Source: Paramoeba atlantica (lineage: Eukaryota; Protista; Discosea). Taken from it: a stretch of 64,000 nt of DNA. Numbering within the stretch: position 1 is the first letter of the stretch; each line of letters begins with the position of its first letter. Of this stretch, positions 10,803 to 20,686 are shown piece by piece. The stretch covers positions 496,001 to 560,000 of the forward strand of contig CDRNVI010000029.1 in the NCBI GenBank assembly GCA_977017575.1. The letters run 5' to 3'. The position numbers and the translations under genes were made by a program. A model generated the notes under the pieces. The model did no database searches, was not told the origin of the DNA, and worked only from the letters and a program-made list of their open reading frames with translations.

Positions 10803-12746
10803 ATGAAATTCAAGTTCTTTGTGCTTTGTATTTTTGCGTCACTGCGCGACTTCCCATTAGTTTCTGCGAATGTGAAAGAATTAGGCGCTACTCACGTGAC
10901 TGAGACGCTGTCTGGTTCTTCATTGAACAATCAAACGGAAGCACGTGTATCAAAACCTTGCGCTTCAGTAGCAAGTGAGGATTTGGAGCGAGTTAAAAAC
11001 TTTTTGAAACTCTTTTCCGTAGACTCTGAGGCACCTTCAGGCAATTCCTCGCTTCAGTTAAATTCCACTTTGTGGTTTGCTGTTCCGGACATGAATTCAT
11101 ATTCCGTATGTACGCTCCCCACAGAGACGTCGGTGTTTGCTCCTATTTATGTAAGCGAACGTGAAGGTGTGACTGAGAATGCAATACCGGTTGGGGGATG
11201 CGCTGTGCAAGGGCTAGTCAATGCTAGCCGTGTACGTTCCCTCTTTCTTAACGCCACCGTGCTTCGTTTCGGCGATTCCGGGATGCTGCTCCAAGAATTT
11301 TTCCGGGAGCGTAATTTCACGACCCCAAAGTTGAAAGTTGGCAATCGTGGTCTTTTCCCGGCATGTAAAGGTACGGATTACCGGATACACGCAAAGAATA
11401 TTCATTTGGACGAACTTCCTGAATACTTGTGGTCTCTTGAAATACACGGCGTACATATTACCGGAAAAATTACGCTCACACAACCAATGCCTTATCTTAG
11501 AGAAATAGATTTGCGTCTGAATAATCTATCGATTCTGCCCTCTCTAGGGCGTTGGCGTCCTTCAGTGAAGGGTTTACTGCACCTCGGCGGGAATTCATGG
11601 GGACCCGAAACTTGTTTTTCAAGCATCACTGATTCCTATGGAAAGAAAGTTGATATTCATGTAATCGGAGTACCATTGTGTTCTCAAAGGCTTCCGCGAT
11701 GCTTTAATGAGGCAATGAACAACTTTTTGTCCAAACTTGCAATAGTACCATGCAAAGGCGAACCTGACAAAGACGAACCATTGAGCACGAAGCAGCTCAC
11801 GAATTTCTGTCTATGTGATACGATTGTTGGTTCAGAATCACTTATCTACGCCTCAAGCATCACTTGTTCCAGATTATCTTCAGCCCTTTATCCAACCCAA
11901 ATCATGGCCCTGGACCCCACCGCAACCGTAGTAGGTTCTTGTTCTAAAGTAGACAATGATAAAGGAACTGCTGTCATTGGACGTCTCCGCCTTGCTGGGG
12001 ATGAACGTGCGCGTGCTTCACTCATATCCTCTTTGGAGAGCGATGCTATAACTTTCCCTGTGAATAATACGCTGGGAAACTGCGTCTTGGGCGGTCCCTT
12101 AAAGTTCGAACTTCTCCCTTACGGAATTCAAAGCATATGGACTGTTGGCATTCAAGTCACAGAGCCCATTGTGGTGACGTCACTAGCTGCATCGATCTCT
12201 CGCATTGACTTCATTCGTTGTACTTTTTACGGAAAAAAGGAAGCAGGGCAGAGCATAGCTGAGTCTAATAAAAGTTGCATAATTATACCAAGCAGTGCAC
12301 CCGATCTGAGAGATTTGCATAGAATCAAGTCCATAAGCGACGCACATTCGACACATCCACAGCTGATTATCAACTTTTTCGCTCCTGAATTCCGAGAGGG
12401 ATATCAAGAGAAAGGCACTCACAACGTAGAAACAAAAGTCACTGGGTGCTCCTGGTATCCTCCGGAAGCTACCAAACAAGTTGGTGGAAAATCTCCCAGA
12501 GTTCAAATTACGGGACTTCCTGATTGCGCCATTTTCACGAGAATTCCTGCAACCGGCCGAGAAAAAGTTCTTGAATACGAGGCTAAACAACATGCAACCA
12601 GTCATAATCGACGACGAAAGTGGATGATTATTATTTCTTGCATATTAATAGGTCTTTTAGTAGCGGGGATTGCGATCGCCATGTACTATCGAAGACGGCG
12701 GAGATCTCCAACATTTTGGGTCACTGTGCCTCAGTCGTATATGTAA
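10803..12746 (+). CDS. Type I membrane (surface) glycoprotein with LRR-like and Cys-rich ectodomain
   Basis: Signal peptide MKFKFFVLCIFASL, LRR-like LREIDLRLNNLSILP, many NxS/T sequons, a C-terminal TM (WMIIISCILIGLLVAGIAIAMYY) followed by RRRRR. Confidence 0.75.
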   Translation: MKFKFFVLCIFASLRDFPLVSANVKELGATHVTETLSGSSLNNQTEARVSKPCASVASEDLERVKNFLKLFSVDSEAPSGNSSLQLNSTLWFAVPDMNSYSVCTLPTETSVFAPIYVSEREGVTENAIPVGGCAVQGLVNASRVRSLFLNATVLRFGDSGMLLQEFFRERNFTTPKLKVGNRGLFPACKGTDYRIHAKNIHLDELPEYLWSLEIHGVHITGKITLTQPMPYLREIDLRLNNLSILPSLGRWRPSVKGLLHLGGNSWGPETCFSSITDSYGKKVDIHVIGVPLCSQRLPRCFNEAMNNFLSKLAIVPCKGEPDKDEPLSTKQLTNFCLCDTIVGSESLIYASSITCSRLSSALYPTQIMALDPTATVVGSCSKVDNDKGTAVIGRLRLAGDERARASLISSLESDAITFPVNNTLGNCVLGGPLKFELLPYGIQSIWTVGIQVTEPIVVTSLAASISRIDFIRCTFYGKKEAGQSIAESNKSCIIIPSSAPDLRDLHRIKSISDAHSTHPQLIINFFAPEFREGYQEKGTHNVETKVTGCSWYPPEATKQVGGKSPRVQITGLPDCAIFTRIPATGREKVLEYEAKQHATSHNRRRKWMIIISCILIGLLVAGIAIAMYYRRRRRSPTFWVTVPQSYM

Positions 12747-13060
12747 TACAAAAAAGTTCTCCACTCCATACGGGTAGGTGTTGCTGGGAAAAGGTTGGAA
12801 TTATGGAATGAGTTGGGCGAGCACAATGCGCGTGCGTGAAATCACAATGGTACGTACGTAGCACGCCGTACAAAGGCACGTACTTAGTAGTAGTACACGT
12901 CTTTAGTTTTGCTTTTTAGGGGCCGATAATATTTGCGAATAATCGTTTGTTCTACGTCTCTGGTTCTTGATAATAATTATTTTAGATTGACTGCACGATT
13001 ACCCATTGAGTTTTTAATAAAATAGACCTACTATTGTACAGCGCGTACTTAGTCTCCGCC

Positions 13061-13084
13061 TTTTCTTCGAATTTTCTTGTGCAG
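13061..13084 (+). promoter_or_regulatory. Putative trans-splice acceptor (pyrimidine tract + AG) for MDH
   Basis: TTTTCTTCGAATTTTCTTGTGCAG ends 34 nt before the ATG. Similar tracts precede other genes. Confidence 0.5.
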
Positions 13085-13117
13085 CCACTATTTCATATTC
13101 TTGCAATTTAAACAACA

Positions 13118-14083
13118 ATGCTCACACGAAGCTGTTGCCAATTCATGAAAGTCTGTGTCCTGGGAGCCGCTGGAGGGATCGGCCAACCGTTGTCACTGCT
13201 CTTGAAACAGAACCCTGCAGTCACTCAACTAGCGCTTTATGATGTGCTTCACGCCGAGGGTGTAGCCACAGATCTCAGTCATATTTGTACCCCTGCACAT
13301 GTTTCGGGATTCCCTAGAGAGAAACTGGATGTGGCTCTGCGGGAGTCTCAACTAGTGCTCATCCCTGCAGGAGTCCCGCGAAGGCCTGGCATGTCACGTG
13401 ATGATTTGTTCGCACTAAATGCCGCCATTGTAAAAAGTTTGGTACAAAATATCGCAATACACTGTCCACAGGCTCACATCCTCATGATATCAAACCCTAT
13501 TAACGCCACGGTGCCGCTTGCCGCAGACGTGTTAAAGCGGGCAAGAGTCTTTGTCCCGTCTCGACTTTACGGCATCACCACCCTGGATGTCGTGCGTGCG
13601 AACACATTTGTGCGAGAGGCGATCCCGAGTGAGGATTCCCCCGAGGTCACGGTGGTTGGGGGTCATAGTGGAAAGACGATTATCCCACTGCTCCACCCGT
13701 TCGTCGAGAATCTGTCGGCTCAACAAATTACACAGCTCACGGCTCGGATTCAGTTCGGCGGAGATGAGGTTGTGAAGGCAAAGAACGGGCAGGGCTCCGC
13801 GACCCTTTCGATGGCATTTGCGGCCTCCAGGTTTTCGAATTCTCTCATTGCAGCCCTGCAGGGGGCAGAGGGCAGGAGTGAATGCGCGTTTGTGGAAAAC
13901 CCCGAGTACGGTCCCCGAGTTCCTTTTTTCAGTAGCCGAGTACATTTTTGCCGGGACGGGATTTCGCGCATTGATCCAGTGGGTAAAACATCTGATTTTG
14001 AAAAGAGCCTTTTAGAGACATGTATTCCGGAATTAGAAAAAAATATTCAAATGGGTGTTGACTTTGCAACACAAGGTAAGTAA
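13118..14083 (+). CDS. MDH: Malate dehydrogenase, mitochondrial type
   Basis: [65 protein letters not shown]. Confidence 0.97.
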   Translation: MLTRSCCQFMKVCVLGAAGGIGQPLSLLLKQNPAVTQLALYDVLHAEGVATDLSHICTPAHVSGFPREKLDVALRESQLVLIPAGVPRRPGMSRDDLFALNAAIVKSLVQNIAIHCPQAHILMISNPINATVPLAADVLKRARVFVPSRLYGITTLDVVRANTFVREAIPSEDSPEVTVVGGHSGKTIIPLLHPFVENLSAQQITQLTARIQFGGDEVVKAKNGQGSATLSMAFAASRFSNSLIAALQGAEGRSECAFVENPEYGPRVPFFSSRVHFCRDGISRIDPVGKTSDFEKSLLETCIPELEKNIQMGVDFATQGK

Positions 14084-14317
14084 GACATACCTATTTTTAT
14101 GCTTCTCTTTTTGATATTCACTTTTTTGCCCGTCTTCTGGGTCGTTTACTTGAAAGTTACAATGATGTTGAAGCTTGCCAAACATTGTCGCACTCGCTGA
14201 TTATCTAAATTTTCCTTTAGACTCTAAAATGTGTGTTTTACTGATACCGGACACAGATTCAAAGTTTGAACCAAGGTTTTAGACGCAAGGTAATCTGTAT
14301 AAATAGATAAGTACTAA

Positions 14318-14393
14318 TCTACATACATGTATAGTTTCTACATACATGTATAGTATCTACATACATGTATAGTATCTACATACATGTATAGTT
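14318..14393. repeat. Minisatellite, 4 x 19 bp TCTACATACATGTATAGT(A/T)
   Basis: Four head-to-tail units without spacers, each containing the palindrome ATACATGTAT. Confidence 0.95.
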
Positions 14394-14629
14394 TGTATAC
14401 TTTGATCATTGTTTTCTTTTTGTGTGTTGCACCTTCACAAGGAGTTATCATAGATCGTTGTACATACGTTCCGTCCGTGAGCAGAACGGGTTCTCGATTC
14501 GTAGAAGAAGAGGAACGATCTCAATTTGTAGACGAAATACAGGAAAAGTCTTCAAAATTGAACAGAATCTCTTAGTATTAGTTAATCGTACCTTGAAGGC
14601 GGATTTACCAATATTACTTGTTTTACCAC

Positions 14630-15832
14630 ATGAACATGTTGCGAGGTCCTTGCTGTATTAATTTCTGTTGTTCTGCCACATCCACCTTTTCCCGCTATCA
14701 GAATATTCAGGTCAGAAATTTAGCATGTGGAACACAAAGATGCTATACAACACAACCACAAGCGAAACCGTATCCCAATAAATCATTCGACCAATTAGCT
14801 CATCGGGGTCGCCATACGTTTCAGAAACCCCATTCAAAAACGACAGGACAAAATGCACATTACAAACCAGCGCATCCAAAGCGACCCGATCCGAACCCAT
14901 CTCCATCCATACCTAAATTTGCTCGTGTTCCAGTAATGCACCGACCACCAGTCTCGAGCCCCGTGCAATGTGACCAAAATCGAGGTCTACAAGGATCCGA
15001 TAGAGCTTACATTCCTGGAGATTCTCTGGAAGAGGAGGAGGAGGACGAAGAGGACCTGATGGGCCCACCTTCGTTTATTCTACCGGAGGGCACGTGCGAT
15101 TTATGTCGCAAGACATTTCCCTCTGATATGGCCTTACTCCATCATGTAAACACGGAGCACCTAAATGTCTACTGCGAATACACCGAAAGTCCTGATGAAT
15201 GGGTGTTTCCGAAAGGTACCTTGTTTCAGTGTCGACATTGCACTAAAACGTTACAGCATAGCGCAGCCCTTATTCAACATTGTACAGAGAAACACCCCTC
15301 ACATCCACCTCCGACCCGTAAAAGTGATTTGCTGATCATCGAGGGTAAAAAATGTGATTTATGTGGAAAGCACTTCATATCAGAGGCGATATTGGCGGCT
15401 CATAAGCGATCGGAACACTCCGCATTCCATGAAGAAAAGCCGTTTCGCTGTGAGGAATGCGTTCCTGTGGGTAGAGACTTTGCCGATCCAATCGTTCTTT
15501 TGACTCATGTACTAAATGTGCACGGGGAAGAGCGCGGATCTCTTGTTGGTCAAGCTGCGAAGACCGGCGAGTTCGACTGTTTTTTCTGTGACAAGACCAC
15601 AACCTCGCTTTCGGCACTGGCTGGTCATATCACGGCTCGACATCCGAAATTGGGAGTAGGAACGAACTCCGTATCTTTCAAAAAATGCTTCGGTGACGAA
15701 GGATTCGAAATCATACTGTGTAGAAACCAAGGGTGTCGTTGCAAATTCGTAAAAAGGGAACATGAACAGCTGCATCAAACAAGGTGCCCTGCGGTTGTGG
15801 CGCGAAAAGCGAAGCTTCACTATGTAAGATAA
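14630..15832 (+). CDS. Multi-C2H2 zinc-finger protein with mitochondrial-type N-terminus
   Basis: Five CxxC-x12-15-HxxxxH fingers (CDLC, CRHC, CDLC, CEEC, CFFC) plus a C-terminal C2HC-like finger. The presequence-like start is basic and Ser/Thr-rich. Confidence 0.85.
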   Translation: MNMLRGPCCINFCCSATSTFSRYQNIQVRNLACGTQRCYTTQPQAKPYPNKSFDQLAHRGRHTFQKPHSKTTGQNAHYKPAHPKRPDPNPSPSIPKFARVPVMHRPPVSSPVQCDQNRGLQGSDRAYIPGDSLEEEEEDEEDLMGPPSFILPEGTCDLCRKTFPSDMALLHHVNTEHLNVYCEYTESPDEWVFPKGTLFQCRHCTKTLQHSAALIQHCTEKHPSHPPPTRKSDLLIIEGKKCDLCGKHFISEAILAAHKRSEHSAFHEEKPFRCEECVPVGRDFADPIVLLTHVLNVHGEERGSLVGQAAKTGEFDCFFCDKTTTSLSALAGHITARHPKLGVGTNSVSFKKCFGDEGFEIILCRNQGCRCKFVKREHEQLHQTRCPAVVARKAKLHYVR

Positions 15833-16039
15833 ATAGTTTCAAAGTTATTTTCCCCTTATTATGAAGGTATTTATGACACTCTGTTCGCATTCTAGGTCAA
15901 AACTCCCGTAGGATTACGCAGGTCATGTATAGGTTATTGTAACATTGTTGATAATTTATGAGATCCGATAATGAGAGAATGCAGCACCCAGATGTATTCT
16001 TTAAGAAGTAATTTTTCGTAACGTACTTTCACCACCTTG

Positions 16040-19000
16040 ATGGAACTTGTGTACAGCGAATTCTTTCCTTCTAGCGCTGTTCAACAAGTAGTCGTAGGCA
16101 AATTCTTGTGTCATGACGTATCCAATGTTCTGCTACTCTTCTGCGACCGGATTGAAATCTACGTTATTGGAGACTTTAACGGCGAGAAACCCAAGTTCGT
16201 GCTTTCCGAGCATTTTTCCGAAAAATTGACAGGTGTTGTCACTCTACATCACCCGACCGGCCTTGATGCAATTGCCCTTTGCATGGACCACTGTCGCGTG
16301 TGTATTTGTGCGTACAATACTACATATGCTGCGCAATCATGGGTGTCACGCACTCCGCGCGATATTGAGGAAACTGACAGCGATGTTGAAACGGGCGCTG
16401 AGGAGAACTTCTTTGCATTAGAAAATAATTTTCGAGTCATAGCAGTGTTTGTCCTTAAGTGCGAAGAGATTAACAAGATCCACTGTAAAATGCTCGTCGA
16501 TGAAACTTCAACGTTCGTTCTTGTAATGTTAAATAAGCAGTGGTTGTACATCATACCCATCCAATGTTTTCGAATTGATGGGACGAATCTGCAAAATGAA
16601 TCGGAAAAGCAAGCAGCCTGTACATCAATTCTTCCAGGATTTTTTTTCAACCCGGAGGAAAATCAATTCCTTGCTCTGAAGGATGACTTATCGTTCGGCA
16701 AAAGCGACGCAGCTGCTTATACTCGAAAACTTCAGCCTATAGGTTGTACAACTATTGATCTAGCTTCACTTTCGCCGCCCTTGTTAAATATACGGGACAT
16801 ATGTCTGCTTCAGGGGTACGGTGATGCGACTTTTCTTATACTACATGAACCCGAACAGTCATGGGTAGGACGTCTGAAGCTCAAAAGTGCACAAAGAGGT
16901 AATGTTGAGAGCAAAACTCTGAGCTGCATAGCTACCTTGCTGTGCTATGATTGTCGAACCCACGTTTTATCAGTTGCTTGGCGAATCTCTTCCCTACCCT
17001 ACAATTCTCAATACCTTTTTCCTGTATTAGGGTCCACATCATATCCCATGGGCAGTGCCTTGTGTGTCGCACCAAATTGTATCATGCACCTTACGATTCA
17101 AGGCTGCAGTTATGCCATTTGCACGAATTCTTACGGCGTAGACGAATTTAAGGGTCGAGAAACAGATTTATACGTTGACACCGCACCTACTGGAACGAAT
17201 TTACATAAAACGAAGAACGCGCTTCTAGCGAACTGCTCATTGGTTATGTTATCTCACGACAGAGGAATATTGGCTACTGCTACTGGTGAGTTACACGTTC
17301 TGGACCTTAGATGGAAAGATGGCATTGTATGCGAAATAGTGTATTCAGAGGAAATAGGAGTGCTTGACGTTTCTTCGGGTAGAGTGTTTTCCTATTCCAC
17401 GCACGGAATATCCTCTGAAGTAAAAGGAATGCGTTTGCCAAAGCCATCATCAATGGTTTATCTACCGGGAATGAAGACTGCAGTTCATGCTTCTCTTACA
17501 GGGAACACCTCGATACTGGACTTGAGTTTGGTTACTAACGTACCGATTTCAGAATTAACACGTAGTATTTTTCAAGCCACGTTATGTGAATCCCTGAGTC
17601 CAATTTCTTCTTTTGATGTCTTATCTACAGCTGAAGCGGATTTTCTGCGCAACAAACAGGTCAATAAGACGGTTTCCAGAGAATGTTTAGAAAGAGGCAG
17701 CATGAACTACAATCAATGTCTGCGAAGCACTTCCATTGTCGTTACAGGAGGTGAGCAACCCAGAGGGGTTATCGGACTTCTTACGAAAAGCGTCCATACT
17801 GAACACTGTACTTCCTTTACAACGCCATCCATCGAAAATGCTATTCGTTATGTTGGAGAAGTCCTATTGCAGTATGACGAGCTTGCTTGTCTGAAGGAAA
17901 CAAACAATTTAAGGAACAATTTCATGAAGAACTCTATGAATGGCAGTATGCGACACCCAACAGCCGTTCTTGTATCAGATGATACGAAAACTAGTACCTT
18001 GCTAATCTCTCAGGAGGATATTATAGACATAAGCAATGACGTTGCTTTCAGTAAAGAACCAACATTGTTGGCGTATTGCATTAACACGGAAACCGTGTAC
18101 GGAACTCTACAAATTACGAAAAGTCAAGTAAGAGTACACGCCCTTGACTGCACTGCAAGTCCAATATCAACGTGGGACATCTCTAACGTGGTTACGAGTC
18201 CTGTTGATCAACTGGACATCATGAAAGGGTTTTGTTTGCTCACTGAGAAGCGGAAACATAGTCTCGTCTCTTCCAATCGCACTGATTCGCTAGTGACTAT
18301 ATTATTGTACACATCAGAAAACGGTTTGGTGGTCTTAGATTTGCTGCCTGACTTGCGAATCGAATTCACTACGAGTATTTCACATTGTCCAGTACCGCAT
18401 ACGTGCATTGCCCAATGCGGCCCGAAAATATTGATTGGGGTCGAGCCAAGGACTTTTAAATGTTATGTGTGGTGGATCGATGTTAGCAGTGGGGAACTTT
18501 ATTTTGCACCTGCGTGTTTTAGATTGCCTGGTAGACAGGATTATGCAAGGGAAGCTCAGAGTTTCTCGGATGAAATGCTTGAGGTAAGTGCCACAGATTC
18601 CATCTTATGTATCCGTCTTCTCTTCTTAAATAGACTTCTAGTGTACCAACTCACGTGTGATGTCGCTGGAATTCCCATCTTTTGTCACGCAATAGATACT
18701 ACGACGAACCTGACTTGGAAAACAGATAGCGTAGTGTCGAATCGCCTTTTGTACCCTTTATTCGATTATTCTGTCTCTCAGAACGTGCGAGAAAAATCAT
18801 TTTGCGGAATTTTTGTAAGCGGTATGCAACCCATGTGGCTTGTACAAGATCCCTTTACGGGTAGGTGTTTCGCTCATCCTCAATCTGTTCCTAATGCGTC
18901 ACATGAAATTACCACAATGACCTACTTGAGGAACTGCGTTTGTCACGAAAACAATGCTGAAGTTCCAGGTCATCAGTCGGACTATTTTTGCACTTCAATG

Positions 19001-20497
19001 GGTAAAGCGTTGTGTATATGTAGAATATCGAAAGATGTTGATCTAGGAGGTCATTTGCCACTTCGCAAAAGAGAAACTCATGACGCAACACCTATACAAA
19101 TCGTCACCGACGTCTCCAAATCATTTATTTATGTTTTAGAATCTTGCAGGTCCGTTTCCAACGAAAGACAAAATGATCCGTCATGTGATGATAAAAAAGT
19201 AGATTTCGAAGAAAGTTCAAACAGTGAGTGCAAGCTTGAAAGTCCAACACTTCCCTCTATATCTCACAGAGTGTCTACATATAGGTTTCCTAGTCTTGCT
19301 TTTTGCGATGCCTTCGCACTTGAAGAAAGAGAAATTTGTCTTGGTATGAAAATGTGGAAATATTCAGCAAAGGACTCAGCGAGTTTTCTTGTGCTAGGAA
19401 CGGCTCAACCGCATGATGAAGAAACTCCTTGTCGCGGAGGCATATATTTATTGGGCTCACAGAGGAATAAAACTACCACTCGAAATCACTCACAGCTACA
19501 AGGGAGGCATTGGCTTGCTCGTTTCAGTGATAAAGGCGAGAAACTGGATACTTCGACAGTATTTACAGAAAAAGAAAGTGCTTGTTCATTGAGGCCAGTG
19601 CAATTCCACGCTATGAAAGGTCCTGTGACAGCCGTTACTACATGTAAAGAACGGCTCGTTGTGACGTGTGGGGCCAAAATAATGTTTTACCTGTACGATA
19701 AGACCGTAAATCGTTTAATTAACGTGGGATTTCACAACGCACACACATACGTGGCGTCCTTAGCTTCCTTTAAAGAATATTTCGCTGTGGCTGATCTGCA
19801 CCACTCCCTGGCAATTTGCAAGTACGATGCTCTGCAACGCACAAGTCACATTCTTGCAAGGGATATCAGCGGTAAAGATCTCACGTCATGTGAATTTCTT
19901 TACGACGGGGTGCACCAGAAACTATTGGTAGCCGCATCCGATGTTAATGGGACTCTCGGCATATATGGGTACGACCCGGTGGCTAGAAAATCCAGAAACC
20001 TTTTGCGTCTCCAAAATAACTTTCGTGTTCCGGGCTTTGTAACGAGATTACAACGCATAAACCTTCCCCATGAAAGTGTTTCTGTGAAGCACGCTAAAAC
20101 AAACGATTTACTGCATGGAGTTTCAAGCAACCAATCCTCCATTTTTTGTCCTTCCCGATCGTGTGCTCTTCTGTACAGTACATCTACTGGCGCTTTAGGT
20201 ATTGTATGGCCACTCGAGAACAGCAAAGAGCGTCGTTCACTGCTCTGGTTAAATGCTATTCTTAAGGAATACATATCGAACCCATATGCGGGTAATCAAA
20301 GCATTAAACCTAATCATAGTGATCGTAGACACTCTAGCACACGCTGTATACTCAATTGCAATGAGATTTCAGCTGCGTTCATCGATAAGGTAGACTTGAT
20401 CACACAGCAGCGACTCTCACATAAAATAGGTATAGATCTGAGTGCACTGGTTAACGTTTTGCGAAGAATCCGTCAAGCATTTCATATATTTACGTGA
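16040..20497 (+). CDS. CPSF1: Cleavage and polyadenylation specificity factor 160-kDa subunit (DDB1/CPSF1 family)
   Basis: 1485 aa. N-terminus LVYSEFFPSSAVQQVVVGKF; C-terminal CPSF_A-like region (KGPVTAV, VTCGAKIMFY, FAVADLHHS, LARD). Confidence 0.85.
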   Translation: MELVYSEFFPSSAVQQVVVGKFLCHDVSNVLLLFCDRIEIYVIGDFNGEKPKFVLSEHFSEKLTGVVTLHHPTGLDAIALCMDHCRVCICAYNTTYAAQSWVSRTPRDIEETDSDVETGAEENFFALENNFRVIAVFVLKCEEINKIHCKMLVDETSTFVLVMLNKQWLYIIPIQCFRIDGTNLQNESEKQAACTSILPGFFFNPEENQFLALKDDLSFGKSDAAAYTRKLQPIGCTTIDLASLSPPLLNIRDICLLQGYGDATFLILHEPEQSWVGRLKLKSAQRGNVESKTLSCIATLLCYDCRTHVLSVAWRISSLPYNSQYLFPVLGSTSYPMGSALCVAPNCIMHLTIQGCSYAICTNSYGVDEFKGRETDLYVDTAPTGTNLHKTKNALLANCSLVMLSHDRGILATATGELHVLDLRWKDGIVCEIVYSEEIGVLDVSSGRVFSYSTHGISSEVKGMRLPKPSSMVYLPGMKTAVHASLTGNTSILDLSLVTNVPISELTRSIFQATLCESLSPISSFDVLSTAEADFLRNKQVNKTVSRECLERGSMNYNQCLRSTSIVVTGGEQPRGVIGLLTKSVHTEHCTSFTTPSIENAIRYVGEVLLQYDELACLKETNNLRNNFMKNSMNGSMRHPTAVLVSDDTKTSTLLISQEDIIDISNDVAFSKEPTLLAYCINTETVYGTLQITKSQVRVHALDCTASPISTWDISNVVTSPVDQLDIMKGFCLLTEKRKHSLVSSNRTDSLVTILLYTSENGLVVLDLLPDLRIEFTTSISHCPVPHTCIAQCGPKILIGVEPRTFKCYVWWIDVSSGELYFAPACFRLPGRQDYAREAQSFSDEMLEVSATDSILCIRLLFLNRLLVYQLTCDVAGIPIFCHAIDTTTNLTWKTDSVVSNRLLYPLFDYSVSQNVREKSFCGIFVSGMQPMWLVQDPFTGRCFAHPQSVPNASHEITTMTYLRNCVCHENNAEVPGHQSDYFCTSMGKALCICRISKDVDLGGHLPLRKRETHDATPIQIVTDVSKSFIYVLESCRSVSNERQNDPSCDDKKVDFEESSNSECKLESPTLPSISHRVSTYRFPSLAFCDAFALEEREICLGMKMWKYSAKDSASFLVLGTAQPHDEETPCRGGIYLLGSQRNKTTTRNHSQLQGRHWLARFSDKGEKLDTSTVFTEKESACSLRPVQFHAMKGPVTAVTTCKERLVVTCGAKIMFYLYDKTVNRLINVGFHNAHTYVASLASFKEYFAVADLHHSLAICKYDALQRTSHILARDISGKDLTSCEFLYDGVHQKLLVAASDVNGTLGIYGYDPVARKSRNLLRLQNNFRVPGFVTRLQRINLPHESVSVKHAKTNDLLHGVSSNQSSIFCPSRSCALLYSTSTGALGIVWPLENSKERRSLLWLNAILKEYISNPYAGNQSIKPNHSDRRHSSTRCILNCNEISAAFIDKVDLITQQRLSHKIGIDLSALVNVLRRIRQAFHIFT

Positions 20498-20686
20498 AGT
20501 ACTACTTTGTCACAATTTCTTGGTCTCTAATTTTGAATCAAACCTATCGAATTCAATATTTAATGCGTTTTTCAGTGCTTTCGTTGTAAGTTGCCTCGTT
20601 GGATTGAAGAGTGGCCGACATAGCTTTTTTTTGACCGTTTGTATTTTTAAGTTATGTTGAAGCGTAAATAGAACTCGGAGACTAGT

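Noticed and set aside
14161-14245. Box C/D snoRNA (ATGATGT...CTGA...CTGA)
   Set aside because: Box C is imperfect, with no terminal stem or recognisable rRNA guide.
14318-14393. CRISPR-like array
   Set aside because: Repeats are directly adjacent with no unique spacers, in a eukaryotic context. It is a minisatellite.
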